NCBI GenBank assembly: GCA_045615585.1
Contig: JAZLFB010000280.1
Location: 6,219 to 70,218 of the forward strand
DNA from: Akkermansia sp.
Lineage (GTDB): Bacteria; Verrucomicrobiota; Verrucomicrobiia; Verrucomicrobiales; Akkermansiaceae
Direction of reading: 5' to 3'
DNA: 64,000 nucleotides
A program made the translations under genes and the position numbers. Every line of letters begins with the position of its first letter. The first letter of the stretch is position 1. The notes beneath the pieces are model-generated. The model saw only the letters and a program-made list of their open reading frames with translations. It was not told where the DNA came from and searched no databases. Of the stretch, positions 1 to 9,931 are shown piece by piece.

Positions 1-740
1 TACTGCTCTGCCGTGGCAAAGAGTTTGTACAGAGCAAGAATGATGGAACCCTCCGTGGGTTTCGGGTCCTCCAGCGGGGTGGCATCGGTCACCACTTTCT
101 TGTTGATGAGCTTGCGCAGGGGTTTTTCTTCCCCGAAAATCGGCAGGGTGTTGCCGTAACTCTTGCTCATCTTCTGACCGTCCAAACCGGGCACAACAGC
201 CGTCACTTCGCTGATGATGGGTTCAGGCAGCTTAAACAGCTGCTCACCAAAGGTTTCATTGATTTTGCCCGCCAAGTCGCGCGTCACCTCCAAATGCTGC
301 TTCTGGTCCTTGCCCACGGGCACGGCATCGGAATCGTACAGCAGAATGTCCGCCGCCATCAGCGCGGGGTAGGCAAACAGGGCGTGAGAGGCGGCAAAGC
401 CCTTGGCCATCTTTTCCTTGTAGGAGTGGCAGCGCTCCAGCAGCCCCATCGGGCACACGGTAGAGAGAATCCACGCCAGCTCGTTCACCTCCGGCACGGC
501 AGACTGGGCAAAGAAGACCGCTTTTTCGGGATTCAGACCGCATGCCAGAAAATCCACCGCCAAGCCGCGCGTGTTCTCGCGCAGTTTTTCCGCGCTCTCC
601 ATGGTGGTCATGGCGTGGTAGTTGGCAATAAAGTAAAAGGCCTCGCCCTGCTCCTGCAAACGCACGGCGGGTTCAATGGCGCCGAAATAGTTACCGATGT
701 GGAGTTGTCCGCTGGGTTGAAGTCCGGTAAGGAATCGCAT
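1..740 (-). CDS. trpS: Tryptophanyl-tRNA synthetase (3' end runs off the window edge)
   Basis: Manual translation from ATG at 740 gives MRFLTGLQPSGQLHIGNYFGA (HIGH-type motif) and later VPGLDGQKMSKSYGN (KMSKS). Not in the ORF track because it is truncated. Confidence 0.97.
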   Translation of the reverse strand, partial: MRFLTGLQPSGQLHIGNYFGAIEPAVRLQEQGEAFYFIANYHAMTTMESAEKLRENTRGLAVDFLACGLNPEKAVFFAQSAVPEVNELAWILSTVCPMGLLERCHSYKEKMAKGFAASHALFAYPALMAADILLYDSDAVPVGKDQKQHLEVTRDLAGKINETFGEQLFKLPEPIISEVTAVVPGLDGQKMSKSYGNTLPIFGEEKPLRKLINKKVVTDATPLEDPKPTEGSIILALYKLFATAEQ

Positions 741-766
741 GTCTTATGGTGGTTGTTGTTAAAATG

Positions 767-1321
767 TCAAAGATTATCCGTTTCGGTCTGCGCCACAAGG
801 GAACGCAGGAAATTAGCCAAGCCCTCCGTGGTATGGAAGCCCTCAAGGCTGCGCAGTTTCACCCCCTCGGTATACACATAGGTGGTGGGAACTTTCGTGA
901 TACCGAACTCCTGCGCCAACAGGGGGTAGGCATCGGCATTCACCTCTACTACCTGCACTCGCCCCTGCTCCGACTTCACCAGAGCTTGCAGCGACTCGCG
1001 CATTCTCGTGCAATAATTGCACCACGGCGCGGTAAAGCACAACAAAAGGCAGCGACCGGAAACCCCGGTAACCATGCGGATATCCTCTCCCTTATACACA
1101 ACGTAAGGCTCAAAGCGAGCATCGCTGCGCAGTGAAACGGGAGTCGGTGTACTATCCTCTTTTACAAGCGTTTCCAATGCTTCTTTCTGAGGATTGGGTG
1201 CCGCCTTCGTGCCGGTCGTGAAACGCGCGGCGTGTTCACGGCGTTCCTTCTCTGACTCTCCGCAACCTGTTACCAAGGGGAAAGCCAGCAATGCAGCCAG
1301 AATGATACCGAAATTTCGCAC
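767..1321 (-). CDS. Thioredoxin-family lipoprotein
   Basis: Hydrophobic N-terminus with lipobox-like LVTGC; FTAPWCNYC active-site motif; VPT cis-Pro loop. Confidence 0.85.
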   Translation of the reverse strand: MRNFGIILAALLAFPLVTGCGESEKERREHAARFTTGTKAAPNPQKEALETLVKEDSTPTPVSLRSDARFEPYVVYKGEDIRMVTGVSGRCLLLCFTAPWCNYCTRMRESLQALVKSEQGRVQVVEVNADAYPLLAQEFGITKVPTTYVYTEGVKLRSLEGFHTTEGLANFLRSLVAQTETDNL

Positions 1322-1365
1322 GGGGCGGATTATACTACGATTAGGGGAAAGAGGGAAGACTAAAA

Positions 1366-1582
1366 AAGTTGAAGGTTGAAATTACAAAGTGCGGCACGCT
1401 GACGCGTGCAGGAGGACGATGAACGCAAGGCGTTGGCGGCAGATATAAAAAGGATTAGCGCTTAAGTATATAGGTGGAGCTTATTTGGAAGTCTTGAAAA
1501 CGCTTTGCGTTTTATTTTCATCTCTGCGGCGTCAGCCGCACGAATGTTACAATTTCAACTTTCAACCTACAACTTTCAACTT
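1366..1582. repeat. Heptamer/hairpin inverted-arm element, copy 1
   Basis: Left arm: AAGTTGA-AGGTTGA-AATT then hairpin GCACGC-TGAC-GCGTGC (1394-1409). Right arm: hairpin TGCGGC-GTCA-GCCGCA (1525-1540) then TTCAACT-type heptamers to 1582. Confidence 0.85.
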
Positions 1583-1587
1583 CTTCT

Positions 1588-4500
1588 TTACCGCGCTATC
1601 AGCGCGGTAAGGTGTTCCCTAACGGGTTTGGTGAGGCGGGCTATGCCGAAACAGGTGGCGGTGCCTTTGAGGTGGTCGTCACAGCCGGGCAGACAGCCCA
1701 GATGCTCGCGCACGGCGGCGGCCCCCGCCAACCATTCGCTGTTGGGGATGTCCGACCAATCGCGCGTGCCTTTCGTGCGGAGACGCACGGTCGGCTGCCC
1801 CGACAGGGTCAGCACGCGGCGGAAAGTACCGTCAGCCAAAGGTTCGGGCGTGTTCACCAGCGTTCCCTGTGCCAGCAGTTGCGTGATGAGTTCCGCCATG
1901 TGTCGGCGAACAGTCGGGCGCATGCCACCGGGGCAGATGTCACCTAAACGGCTCAGCAGATACGGCTCCGTCACAGGACCCTCCACCCCTACAAACGCTT
2001 GCAGCAAGCGGCGAAGTGAGGCGTCGTTCATCTCGAAAAGCGGGGGCAACAGGGTTTCGGGGCGGTATTCGCGGTACTCCTCCGCCACCAAGGGGGCGGC
2101 GGGGGCGGTACGTTCCGGCACGGGCGCGGCGGGTACAGGCGTTGCCGTTTCCGCCGCAGCACCCACCAGCTCGGGCAGTTCAGGCGGTGTGGGCGGTCCC
2201 ATCTCCATGAAGGCACGCAACTGTTTATCCAGCCGTTCGAGCACCGCATTCGGGCGGCGCCACCAGTCAATCGCCCACAGGTGAATGAGCCGCCAACCCA
2301 GACCCGACAACACGGAGGGGCGCAGCACGTCGCGATCACGCGCGGTGTTGGAAGCGGCATAAGCGGCACCGTCCAGCATGATACCCGCCAGCGTCTCACC
2401 CTCGTGTTCAGGGTGTTCCACCGCCAAATCCAAGCGATAGCCCGACACACCCACCGCCGTGCGGCAGTTCCACCCGCGTTCCTTGAGCCGCACCGCCACG
2501 GCTGCCGCCAAAGCATCGCGTTCCGCGGTTTCGGTGTGGGTCGACAGATAGGCAGCCGCCCCGCGGCGGGCGTAGTCCAAAAAGTCGTGCAAATCCGCCG
2601 CGCCGCGCGCATTCGTGCGGTTCAGGTTGATGTCCTCCGGCACCATGGAGGTGAACACGTGCATGGCACAGCGGGCACGCGTGACCGCCACGTTGAGTCG
2701 GCGCTCACCGCCGCTCATGTTCAGCGGACCGAAGTTCATGGATATCTTGCCCTTGGCATCGCGCCCGTAGGTGGTGGAGAAGTAGATGACACCGCGTTCA
2801 TCACCCTGCACGTTCTCCAGATTCTTCACGAACACGGCTTCGGGGTTATCCTCGGCAAAGTAGGGTTCCAGCGCATCATCCTTGGCGCGTTCCGCTTCCA
2901 ACATGTCCTCAATCAACGCCTGTTGCTGCACGTTAAAGGTGACAATGCCGATGCTGGTCGCCTCGGTGTAGCGGAAATCCTTGGCTTTGAGTGTCGCCAC
3001 AACATGAGCCACCAGCTGCCGCGCTTCCTCTCTGTTCACGCGCTTGGTTGCCCCGCTTTCGTAGACACCGCCCGTGTGGTGGTAGGTGAGTGCCGCATCC
3101 CGCATCATCGGCGCGGGGAAGGTGACGAGCCTGTCCTCATAATATTTTCTATTGGAGAAGGCAATCAGGCTTTCGGACTTGCTGCGGTAGTGCCATGCGA
3201 GATTCATTTCGGGGATGCCGCAGGCGCGGCATTCATCGAGAATGCTTTCCATGTCGGCCTCTACGGTGCTGTACTCATCCTCCGCCCCCTTGCTGCGGGC
3301 AAAGAAATTGGTGGGCGGCATCTGGCGGGGGTCGCCCACAATGACGGCACTCTTGCCGCGACCAATGACGCCGATGGCATCCCACACGGGAATCTGCGAC
3401 GCCTCATCGAAAATCACCACGTCGAAAGGAGCCGTCTCCGTAGTCAGGTATTGGGCAACGGAGAGCGGGCTCATCAACAGACAGGGTTTCAGCAGCGGGG
3501 TCACGTTGGGCAGCTCGCGCAGCAGGCGGCGCAACGGCATGTGGGCGCGCTGCTTGGACAGCTCGCGTTGCAGGAGAGACGTTTCCTGCCCGAACTCCGC
3601 AATCTTGGCGGCGCGGGTCGTGAGCAGGGTGCGGATATGCTCGCTCGTCTTGCGCAACAGCGCGCCGTCCTTCTCCGCAAACTCCGCCATGCGCGATTCA
3701 TGCACCTGCGGCGAGAAGTTTTTGAGCACGTCCGATGCATCCGCCACCGCCGCCACGCGCTTTTGTGCCAGTTGCAAGGCTACGGCGATTTCCAAATCCG
3801 CCGCCGCAATGCTGCCGTCGGAAAGAGCCGCTGCCATAGCACCGCAGCCCTTGGCGCGGGCGGTTTCCGCCATCCGATTCCACAGAGCCAGTTCATGCCA
3901 TTGCTCGCGCTGCGCCAGCAGAGCTTCCGCCCATGCACTCCCCTGCCCGTCGGCAGCAGCGGCAAAATCAGCCACAGGAGCAGCCAACAGGCGGGTCAGC
4001 GTCTCCTGCAACGCGGCAACGGCCGACTCATGCTGTGCCATCGTCTGCACGGCCTGTCCCACGCTGTCGGTCGGGCGGGGGATGCGTGCTTTATCCGCAG
4101 ACAGTTCCGCTAACACCTTTTCATCAGCAGGAGTCAGACGGTGCAGCAACGCCGAGTCTGCGGCGGCACGCTCGACATCGGCAGCGGTAGCCGCTTCACC
4201 CTTGCGGAAATCGGGCGGCAGCGGGCTGACATCCATAGCGTGCAGCTCCTGCAAGGCATCACGCAGGGCGACAAGGGTCGTCAAATCGTTCAGACAGTCA
4301 GGCTTGCGGGTGGTCAGAGCCTGACCTTTCAGCACGCGGGCAAGGCGGCGCATGCCGAACCAACGGACGATGAAGTTCGAGACGGACAGCTCGCGACAAT
4401 CGCGCAGCCATGCATCCAGCAGCGGCTCGGCTAACGTGCTGTCAGGGTACGGCAGGGTGAGCTTACCCCGCAACGCACGGATATGGTCGGCGCGGGAAAC

Positions 4501-7323
4501 AAGCTCCTGCAAAACAGCCATGCTTCGCCCTGCCTGTTGCGGAGCAAAGGCAAGGGTTGCCTTGTCGGGCTGCTGCATCCACGCATGAAGCACAGGGCAC
4601 AGGCGACCCATCTGTTCGCGGTCGGCGGGCAACTCGCGGTGCAGCGCATCCCCCGCAGCGGCAAGGCGGCGATTTTCCTCCGCAAAGCACTGTAACGTCT
4701 CGGCAAGCTCCGCTTCATCGGCGACCCCGCATGCCGTTCGACCGAAAGAAGCCCGCACGGCGGGCGGCACCTGCTCCGTCACACGGAAGTGGCGCACCAG
4801 CTCCCGCGCCGTCTCCGTCAACTCCGCTCGGCGTTCGCGGGTGAGCGTCACAGGGTCATCCGGCAGAGGTTGCGGCAAAGGCGTTTTGGGGGTTGAAGCC
4901 AACAGCTCCACCTCTCCGTACAGCGTGCCGCCGTCGAGGAACGGCTTGTGCATCTCACGCGGCAGCTGATTCAGGCGTTCCCGCAGGTTGGTCATGGCAT
5001 CAACCGACTCGCCCCAGCGGTCGGGTGTTTCCCCCTTGGTCACCGCCGCCACCGCAGCACGGAACTGCGCCAAGGCCTCTTTCTTGTTGGCCTTGTGGGA
5101 GTGCAGCTCCAGACAGAAATCATCCAGTCCGATGCGTTTCAGACGATGGTGTACCACCTCCAAAGCAGCGGACTTTTCCGCGACAAAGAGCACCGTCTTG
5201 CCGTGTCCGAGACAATGGGCAATCATGTTGGTGATGGTCTGGCTCTTACCTGTTCCGGGCGGGCCAATCAGCACAAAGCTCTTGCCGCGCGCAGCAGCCA
5301 ACACCGCCGAAAGCTGCGAAGAATCCGCAGAGAGCGGCGTGAAAACCTTTTCTGCCTCCACCTCGTTATCCAGCGTCGCGGGGTCGGGGAAACCGCCCTG
5401 TGCGGGGAAGGTGCTGCGTTTTTCCGCCGCAATCTGCGCCACAATGGGATTTTTCAGCAAATCGGCGCGGCGGTCTGTCAAGTCCTTCCACATCAAATGC
5501 TTGGTGAACGAGAAAGTACCCAGCGTGCAGCGTTCATCCACCTCCCAACCGGGCTGTCCGCTCACCGCCTTACGCACCATGTTGAAAATCTGCGGCACAT
5601 CCACCCCTGCTTCATCCGTGGGCAGCTCACCCTCTAATTCGGGTATCTGCAACTCGTATTCCATGCGCAGATACTCCAGCAGCGTCAGGTTGAAGCGCGA
5701 TTCCTCATCCGCCCCGCGCAGGGTAAAGCCCGCCTTGACACTCGGGCGGGTCAGCGTCACGGGAATCAGCAACAACGGCGCGTAGTAGGGCTTGTTATCC
5801 ACACCTTTGCGGTACCATTTCAGGAACCCGCATGCCAGATACAGGGTATTGGCACCGCTCTCCTCCATCTCGCGGCGGGTGGAAAGATACAGCCCCTGCA
5901 AACAGCGTTGCAGCTCCTCCTCATTCAGCGCAGCGGTCAGCTCGCGCTTGGCGAACATGGCTTCCACACAGTCCGCAATACGTTGGTGCTCGTAATCGGA
6001 CTGCCCGCCCTTGTAGTAGGTCGTCAACGCCGTCCAAAAGGTCTGCGGCAGCGGTTTCACACGGAACGCCGTGCCCTTGGACAGCACATCCTCCAGCTCG
6101 CCCACATCGGACAGCAGCAGACCGAGCTGTCGTTTACCGTCGGGATTGCAGTTGAGCAGGTTGTTGCGCAGCGATAAATCCAACAGCTTGAGCTGCCAGT
6201 TTTCCATGCGTCCGTGCGGGGCGGCGGTCACCAGAGCCTCTGCCCCCGCCGCCGCTGCCACATACTGACTGCCTGTGCCGCCCAAAATGGGGTGAATGCT
6301 ACATTCATGCCACAACAGGCGCAAATCCAAGGCGACAAAGAAATCGTCATCCGTGAGTTGCTCCAGTTCGGACAGCCCCAACTCGGCAGCATGCGCAAAC
6401 GGAGCGGGGGTACAGCCCGCTTCGCCGTTCACGGCGGTGGTTTCCAGCAACAGGATTTCCCCCTGTTTCACCAAGTTTCGCACGGTAGCCACCTGTGCCA
6501 CCTTGGGTTTCGGCAGGGCGGCGGGTTTCAACCAGATACCCAAAAAGGCGTGCCCCTCTATCAGCATCACAAGGGGGTTCAAGCCCATGCGCGACACCGC
6601 CGCCGCCAGCATCAGGGTCGAATCCAAACAGGTAGAGCACCCGCCTTTCAGGATTTGAGAGGGCGTGCGCACGCGTTGTCCTACGCCGACTTCCATCCAG
6701 CTCTTGGGCGGCAGACTGTACAGGATGTGGTAGGCCGCCATCGTATTCCACAGGGTCTGCAACTGCCCCGACAGCTGTTCTGCCGTGCCGTTGTACCCGC
6801 ACCACGCCGACGGCTCACCCGCCGCGCCCAACGCCGTCTGCGTGTCGCGCAACAGGGTTTCCACGCCCTCATCTTCGGGCAGCGTGAGGGCTGCCAACAA
6901 TTCAGGGAACTCATCCCCGCCCGCCCATGCGTTGTGAGCCAGCCAAACAAACGAGCTTTCCGCCCGCGCCAACAAACTGCCGTCAGCGGCTAACAGGCTC
7001 ACCGTCACCTTGCCCTGCTCTTCTTCCTCCAACGCCAACAGGCGGCCTTCATCAAAACGGGGGGTAGCGGGCAAACGGAACGTGACAGGCTTGCCGCCTT
7101 CAACGGTAATCCCCTCCTGCACCGTTTTCTCCACATAATCGGGGCTGTATTCTATGCAAAGGCTCACGTTCTCCAAGGTTTGAGAGGCGGTGATGCCGAT
7201 ATCCCACAGCACGGAACGACCGTTCCGCAGATAGACCAGCGAGGAAAATTTGAGCGCGGTCAGGCGAAGTTCTACATTCGACAGGGCATCGGCAGGGGGC
7301 GTGCGGGGCAGCGGCTCTTGCAT
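1588..7323 (-). CDS. DUF4011 / SF1 (DNA2-NAM7-like) helicase / Vsr-like nuclease fold / DUF3320 protein; Hhe-like defence candidate
   Basis: WQLKLLDLSLRNNLLN (DUF4011), GPPGTGKSQTI (Walker A), FDVVIFDEASQ (Walker B), VGDPRQMPP, WHYRS, ENVQGDERG, RRLNVAVTRAR, then GYRLDLAV...DG...RDRD...LGW. Confidence 0.88.
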   Translation of the reverse strand: MQEPLPRTPPADALSNVELRLTALKFSSLVYLRNGRSVLWDIGITASQTLENVSLCIEYSPDYVEKTVQEGITVEGGKPVTFRLPATPRFDEGRLLALEEEEQGKVTVSLLAADGSLLARAESSFVWLAHNAWAGGDEFPELLAALTLPEDEGVETLLRDTQTALGAAGEPSAWCGYNGTAEQLSGQLQTLWNTMAAYHILYSLPPKSWMEVGVGQRVRTPSQILKGGCSTCLDSTLMLAAAVSRMGLNPLVMLIEGHAFLGIWLKPAALPKPKVAQVATVRNLVKQGEILLLETTAVNGEAGCTPAPFAHAAELGLSELEQLTDDDFFVALDLRLLWHECSIHPILGGTGSQYVAAAAGAEALVTAAPHGRMENWQLKLLDLSLRNNLLNCNPDGKRQLGLLLSDVGELEDVLSKGTAFRVKPLPQTFWTALTTYYKGGQSDYEHQRIADCVEAMFAKRELTAALNEEELQRCLQGLYLSTRREMEESGANTLYLACGFLKWYRKGVDNKPYYAPLLLIPVTLTRPSVKAGFTLRGADEESRFNLTLLEYLRMEYELQIPELEGELPTDEAGVDVPQIFNMVRKAVSGQPGWEVDERCTLGTFSFTKHLMWKDLTDRRADLLKNPIVAQIAAEKRSTFPAQGGFPDPATLDNEVEAEKVFTPLSADSSQLSAVLAAARGKSFVLIGPPGTGKSQTITNMIAHCLGHGKTVLFVAEKSAALEVVHHRLKRIGLDDFCLELHSHKANKKEALAQFRAAVAAVTKGETPDRWGESVDAMTNLRERLNQLPREMHKPFLDGGTLYGEVELLASTPKTPLPQPLPDDPVTLTRERRAELTETARELVRHFRVTEQVPPAVRASFGRTACGVADEAELAETLQCFAEENRRLAAAGDALHRELPADREQMGRLCPVLHAWMQQPDKATLAFAPQQAGRSMAVLQELVSRADHIRALRGKLTLPYPDSTLAEPLLDAWLRDCRELSVSNFIVRWFGMRRLARVLKGQALTTRKPDCLNDLTTLVALRDALQELHAMDVSPLPPDFRKGEAATAADVERAAADSALLHRLTPADEKVLAELSADKARIPRPTDSVGQAVQTMAQHESAVAALQETLTRLLAAPVADFAAAADGQGSAWAEALLAQREQWHELALWNRMAETARAKGCGAMAAALSDGSIAAADLEIAVALQLAQKRVAAVADASDVLKNFSPQVHESRMAEFAEKDGALLRKTSEHIRTLLTTRAAKIAEFGQETSLLQRELSKQRAHMPLRRLLRELPNVTPLLKPCLLMSPLSVAQYLTTETAPFDVVIFDEASQIPVWDAIGVIGRGKSAVIVGDPRQMPPTNFFARSKGAEDEYSTVEADMESILDECRACGIPEMNLAWHYRSKSESLIAFSNRKYYEDRLVTFPAPMMRDAALTYHHTGGVYESGATKRVNREEARQLVAHVVATLKAKDFRYTEATSIGIVTFNVQQQALIEDMLEAERAKDDALEPYFAEDNPEAVFVKNLENVQGDERGVIYFSTTYGRDAKGKISMNFGPLNMSGGERRLNVAVTRARCAMHVFTSMVPEDINLNRTNARGAADLHDFLDYARRGAAAYLSTHTETAERDALAAAVAVRLKERGWNCRTAVGVSGYRLDLAVEHPEHEGETLAGIMLDGAAYAASNTARDRDVLRPSVLSGLGWRLIHLWAIDWWRRPNAVLERLDKQLRAFMEMGPPTPPELPELVGAAAETATPVPAAPVPERTAPAAPLVAEEYREYRPETLLPPLFEMNDASLRRLLQAFVGVEGPVTEPYLLSRLGDICPGGMRPTVRRHMAELITQLLAQGTLVNTPEPLADGTFRRVLTLSGQPTVRLRTKGTRDWSDIPNSEWLAGAAAVREHLGCLPGCDDHLKGTATCFGIARLTKPVREHLTALIAR

Positions 7324-7381
7324 GGGGGTAAAAGATATGGTTATTATACCGCACCTGCGGGGTCTGTCAATGAAGAAACAA

Positions 7382-7410
7382 AGGGCAGAGGTGCCGCAAC
7401 ACCCCTGCCC
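7382..7410 (-). terminator. Probable intrinsic terminator after the FKBP gene
   Basis: Imperfect stem AGGGCAG(A)GGTG / CACC(C)CTGCCCT, followed on the minus strand by TTGTTTCTTC. Confidence 0.5.
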
Positions 7411-7440
7411 TGAAAAGAATGGGTTATCGGGAAACGCGCT

Positions 7441-8292
7441 TTATTCGGGTTCCACCTCAAGACCCTGAGACTGCAACTGCTGAATCATCTCAGGCGTCAG
7501 CTGCATGGGCATGGAGGGAGCGGGACGGTCGTTCTTCTTGATGTCCGTCAGCTTGATGGTGAACACCAGCGTAGCGTTGGAGCCGATGGGACCGGGACCC
7601 TGAGGGCCGTAAGCGAGGTCGGAGGGGATGCAAACTTCCCACTCGGAGCCGATGGGCATGAGCTTCAGGGCTTCGGAGAAACCGGGCACCACCTGATTCA
7701 CAGGCATTTCGATGGGCGTTTCGGCCTTGTCGAACGTGGTGCCGTCAATGCGCTTGCCTTCGTAGGTCACCACGCAGATGGCATCCTTGCCGTCCTTCTC
7801 CTCATCGTACTTGCGACCGTCACCGGCGGTCAGCACGCGGTACTGCAGACCGGATTCCGTCTTGGTCACGCCTTCCTGCTTGCCGAATTCGGCTTGGAAA
7901 GCCTTGCCCTTTTCCAGAGCGGCAGCGGCGGCGGCTTCCTCACGCAGACGGATGGTGTCGGCAAAGGCAGACATACCGGCTTCCAGTTCTTCCTGAGACA
8001 TGGTGGGGCGCTCGCCCTTCATGCTGTCAGCCATAGCGGCAAAGAAGGTGTCCTTGTCGAAGTCGTCAATCGTGATGGTGGACACACCGGTGGAAATGTC
8101 CTGACCCATCTTGTAACCGGCAAAGTAGGAGAAAGCTTTCTTGGCCTGCTCGGCAGAGACGGGAGCGGCAGCGGGTGCAGCGGCGGGAGCAGCCTGAGCG
8201 GCGTTGCTCTCCTGAGCCTGAGAATAGCAGTAGGGAACCGCAGCGGCGGCGGCCACAAGGCCGGCAGCCATAATGATGTAGGATTTCTTCAT
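7441..8292 (-). CDS. FKBP-type peptidyl-prolyl isomerase (FkpA/Mip-like, exported)
   Basis: Signal peptide MKKSYIIMAAGLV (start 8292 preferred over the ORF-track start); TESGLQY, VVPGFSEALKLM, IPSDLAYG, IGSNATLVF motifs. Confidence 0.93.
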   Translation of the reverse strand: MKKSYIIMAAGLVAAAAAVPYCYSQAQESNAAQAAPAAAPAAAPVSAEQAKKAFSYFAGYKMGQDISTGVSTITIDDFDKDTFFAAMADSMKGERPTMSQEELEAGMSAFADTIRLREEAAAAAALEKGKAFQAEFGKQEGVTKTESGLQYRVLTAGDGRKYDEEKDGKDAICVVTYEGKRIDGTTFDKAETPIEMPVNQVVPGFSEALKLMPIGSEWEVCIPSDLAYGPQGPGPIGSNATLVFTIKLTDIKKNDRPAPSMPMQLTPEMIQQLQSQGLEVEPE

Positions 8293-8415
8293 AATAATGT
8301 AATGGGGTTCAGCGCAAAAGGGGCACAACGCCCCGCGCTGCCCCTGTTCTACAGCGAAACGACGGGGAAGTCAAGGAGATAGAAAGGCACAGGGCGGGAA
8401 ATGGATGTCATAAAG

Positions 8416-8679
8416 AAGTTTGAAGTTTGAGGTTGGAGGTTGGAAGTTTTGAGTTAGGCGCGGCTTCGCCGCGCGGAATTTTCGCCCGCGGTGCTAACAG
8501 CGACATGCCGTTTCGGTTGCCTTAGCCTGTAACACCCGAAACGCGGGTGATATGCCGTTAAATAATGTTGCCGTCTGAACTCATCGAAAGATGCAGCAAA
8601 CGCTCTGCGTTTCAGAATACTCGCACGCGCAGCGTGCCTAATTTTATACTTCCAACTTCCAACTTCCAACTTCCAACTT
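8416..8679. repeat. Heptamer/hairpin inverted-arm element, copy 2
   Basis: Left: AAGTTTG x2, AGGTTGG x2, hairpin GCGCGGC-TTC-GCCGCGC (8458-8474). Right: hairpin GCACGC-GCA-GCGTGC (8623-8637), then CTTCCAA x4 (8649-8676). Confidence 0.88.
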
Positions 8680-9240
8680 CCCCATGTACTCCTCCACGGC
8701 GGGGTGGAGCCAGCCTTGCGGCACAGGGGTACCCGCCTGTAGGGCAGCACGGATGGCAGAGGCCGAGGCGGGGTGGTCGCCGCAAAGGAAGGTACTTTGC
8801 ACTCCCTCCCTCGGTTGGGGGGCGGTGCCACGGTGGTAGACAATGAAATGCAGATGCTGCACCAGATACTCATAACGCCCCCAGCGGTGCAGCTCCTCCC
8901 ACTGGTCGGTACCCAGCAGCCAGTACAGGCGGGCGTGAGGGTAGAGCTGTGAAAAATGCTCAACCAAACGCCAGCTCCAGCTGGGCGGCGGCAGTTTCAA
9001 ATCCACATCCGAAACCTCCGCCCACGGCAGCTCCGCCGTGGCAAGGTGCAGCATCTCCAAGCGTTCCGCATCGGAGAAGCGACAGGTTTTACCCTGTTTG
9101 AAAGGGGAACAAGCGGCAGGCAGAAACAGCACCTTATCCAAGCCACAGGCGGCTTGGGCGGCGGCGGCAATGGCGGTATGCCCCGTGTGAACAGGGTCAA
9201 ACGAGCCGCCGAACAGGCAGATATGGGCCGCAGGCACCAT
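8644..9240 (-). CDS. nadD: Nicotinate-nucleotide adenylyltransferase
   Basis: FGGSFDPVHTGH, SPFK, LLGTDQ...WG and SASAIR motifs; start taken at ATG 9240. Confidence 0.93.
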   Translation of the reverse strand: MVPAAHICLFGGSFDPVHTGHTAIAAAAQAACGLDKVLFLPAACSPFKQGKTCRFSDAERLEMLHLATAELPWAEVSDVDLKLPPPSWSWRLVEHFSQLYPHARLYWLLGTDQWEELHRWGRYEYLVQHLHFIVYHRGTAPQPREGVQSTFLCGDHPASASAIRAALQAGTPVPQGWLHPAVEEYMGKLEVGSWKLEV

Positions 9241-9244
9241 GCCG

Positions 9245-9931
9245 TTACAGACCTTCGGTATCCTTGTAGGGCAGGAAACCGCCGATGGGCAGCTTGACAA
9301 ACTTCTGCTCGGGCTTCAGCTTGCGATAGTGGTTGATAAAGTCGGTCAGGTGACCGTAATTGCCGGGCTTCTTGGGAATCCCCTGCTGCCCGCAGTTCAC
9401 CAGCACGTTGAAGTGCAGTTCCGCATGCAAATGGGCGGGGAACATACCGTGATTGGTGCCGATGGTCCCCACCTGCTGCCCGCGCCCGACAATCTGACCG
9501 AGTTTCACATCAATGCGGTCAAGGTGACCGTAAAGCGACTGACAGCACAGCACTTTACCCGTGCGGGGTTCTCGAAAGGCATGGCGCACAATCACCACGT
9601 TACCCCAGCGACCGCGGGCATCGGCTGCGTATGTCACCAAGCCCATACCGATGGAGTACACGGGGTCGCCCAAATCGGAATTGCCGCCGCCGTTGCCGTT
9701 CCAGTCCTCGCCCAAGTGGCGGGGTGTCGCCAAACGCAGACCGCGCGCCTTGTAATAACCTTCGGCATTAGGCTTACCGACAGGGAAATCAAAACCATCG
9801 GCCAAAGGTACAAATGCCCATTTGCCGTCGGGCGTTTTCTTGGCCATCAGGGGTGCAGCATCTGCATTGGCGGTCAACAAGGTCACCGCCCATACCAACA
9901 ACAGCGTCAGGTGTTGCAACACGCACTTCAT
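9245..9931 (-). CDS. M23-family metallopeptidase (exported)
   Basis: Signal peptide from ATG 9931; HLGEDWN (HxxxD), YGHL and HLH zinc motifs. Confidence 0.88.
   Translation of the reverse strand: MKCVLQHLTLLLVWAVTLLTANADAAPLMAKKTPDGKWAFVPLADGFDFPVGKPNAEGYYKARGLRLATPRHLGEDWNGNGGGNSDLGDPVYSIGMGLVTYAADARGRWGNVVIVRHAFREPRTGKVLCCQSLYGHLDRIDVKLGQIVGRGQQVGTIGTNHGMFPAHLHAELHFNVLVNCGQQGIPKKPGNYGHLTDFINHYRKLKPEQKFVKLPIGGFLPYKDTEGL

Noticed and set aside
2281-4113. Long antisense ORFs (e.g. 2281-4113, 30389-31771, 34985-36688, 54625-56505)
   Set aside because: They mirror well-supported genes on the opposite strand, as expected in high-GC DNA, and show no recognisable motifs.
8565-8846. Small ORFs crossing the heptamer arrays (e.g. 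PTSNFQLPTS, QLSTYNFQL peptides)
   Set aside because: The peptides are simple translations of the heptamer repeat and have no independent coding evidence.
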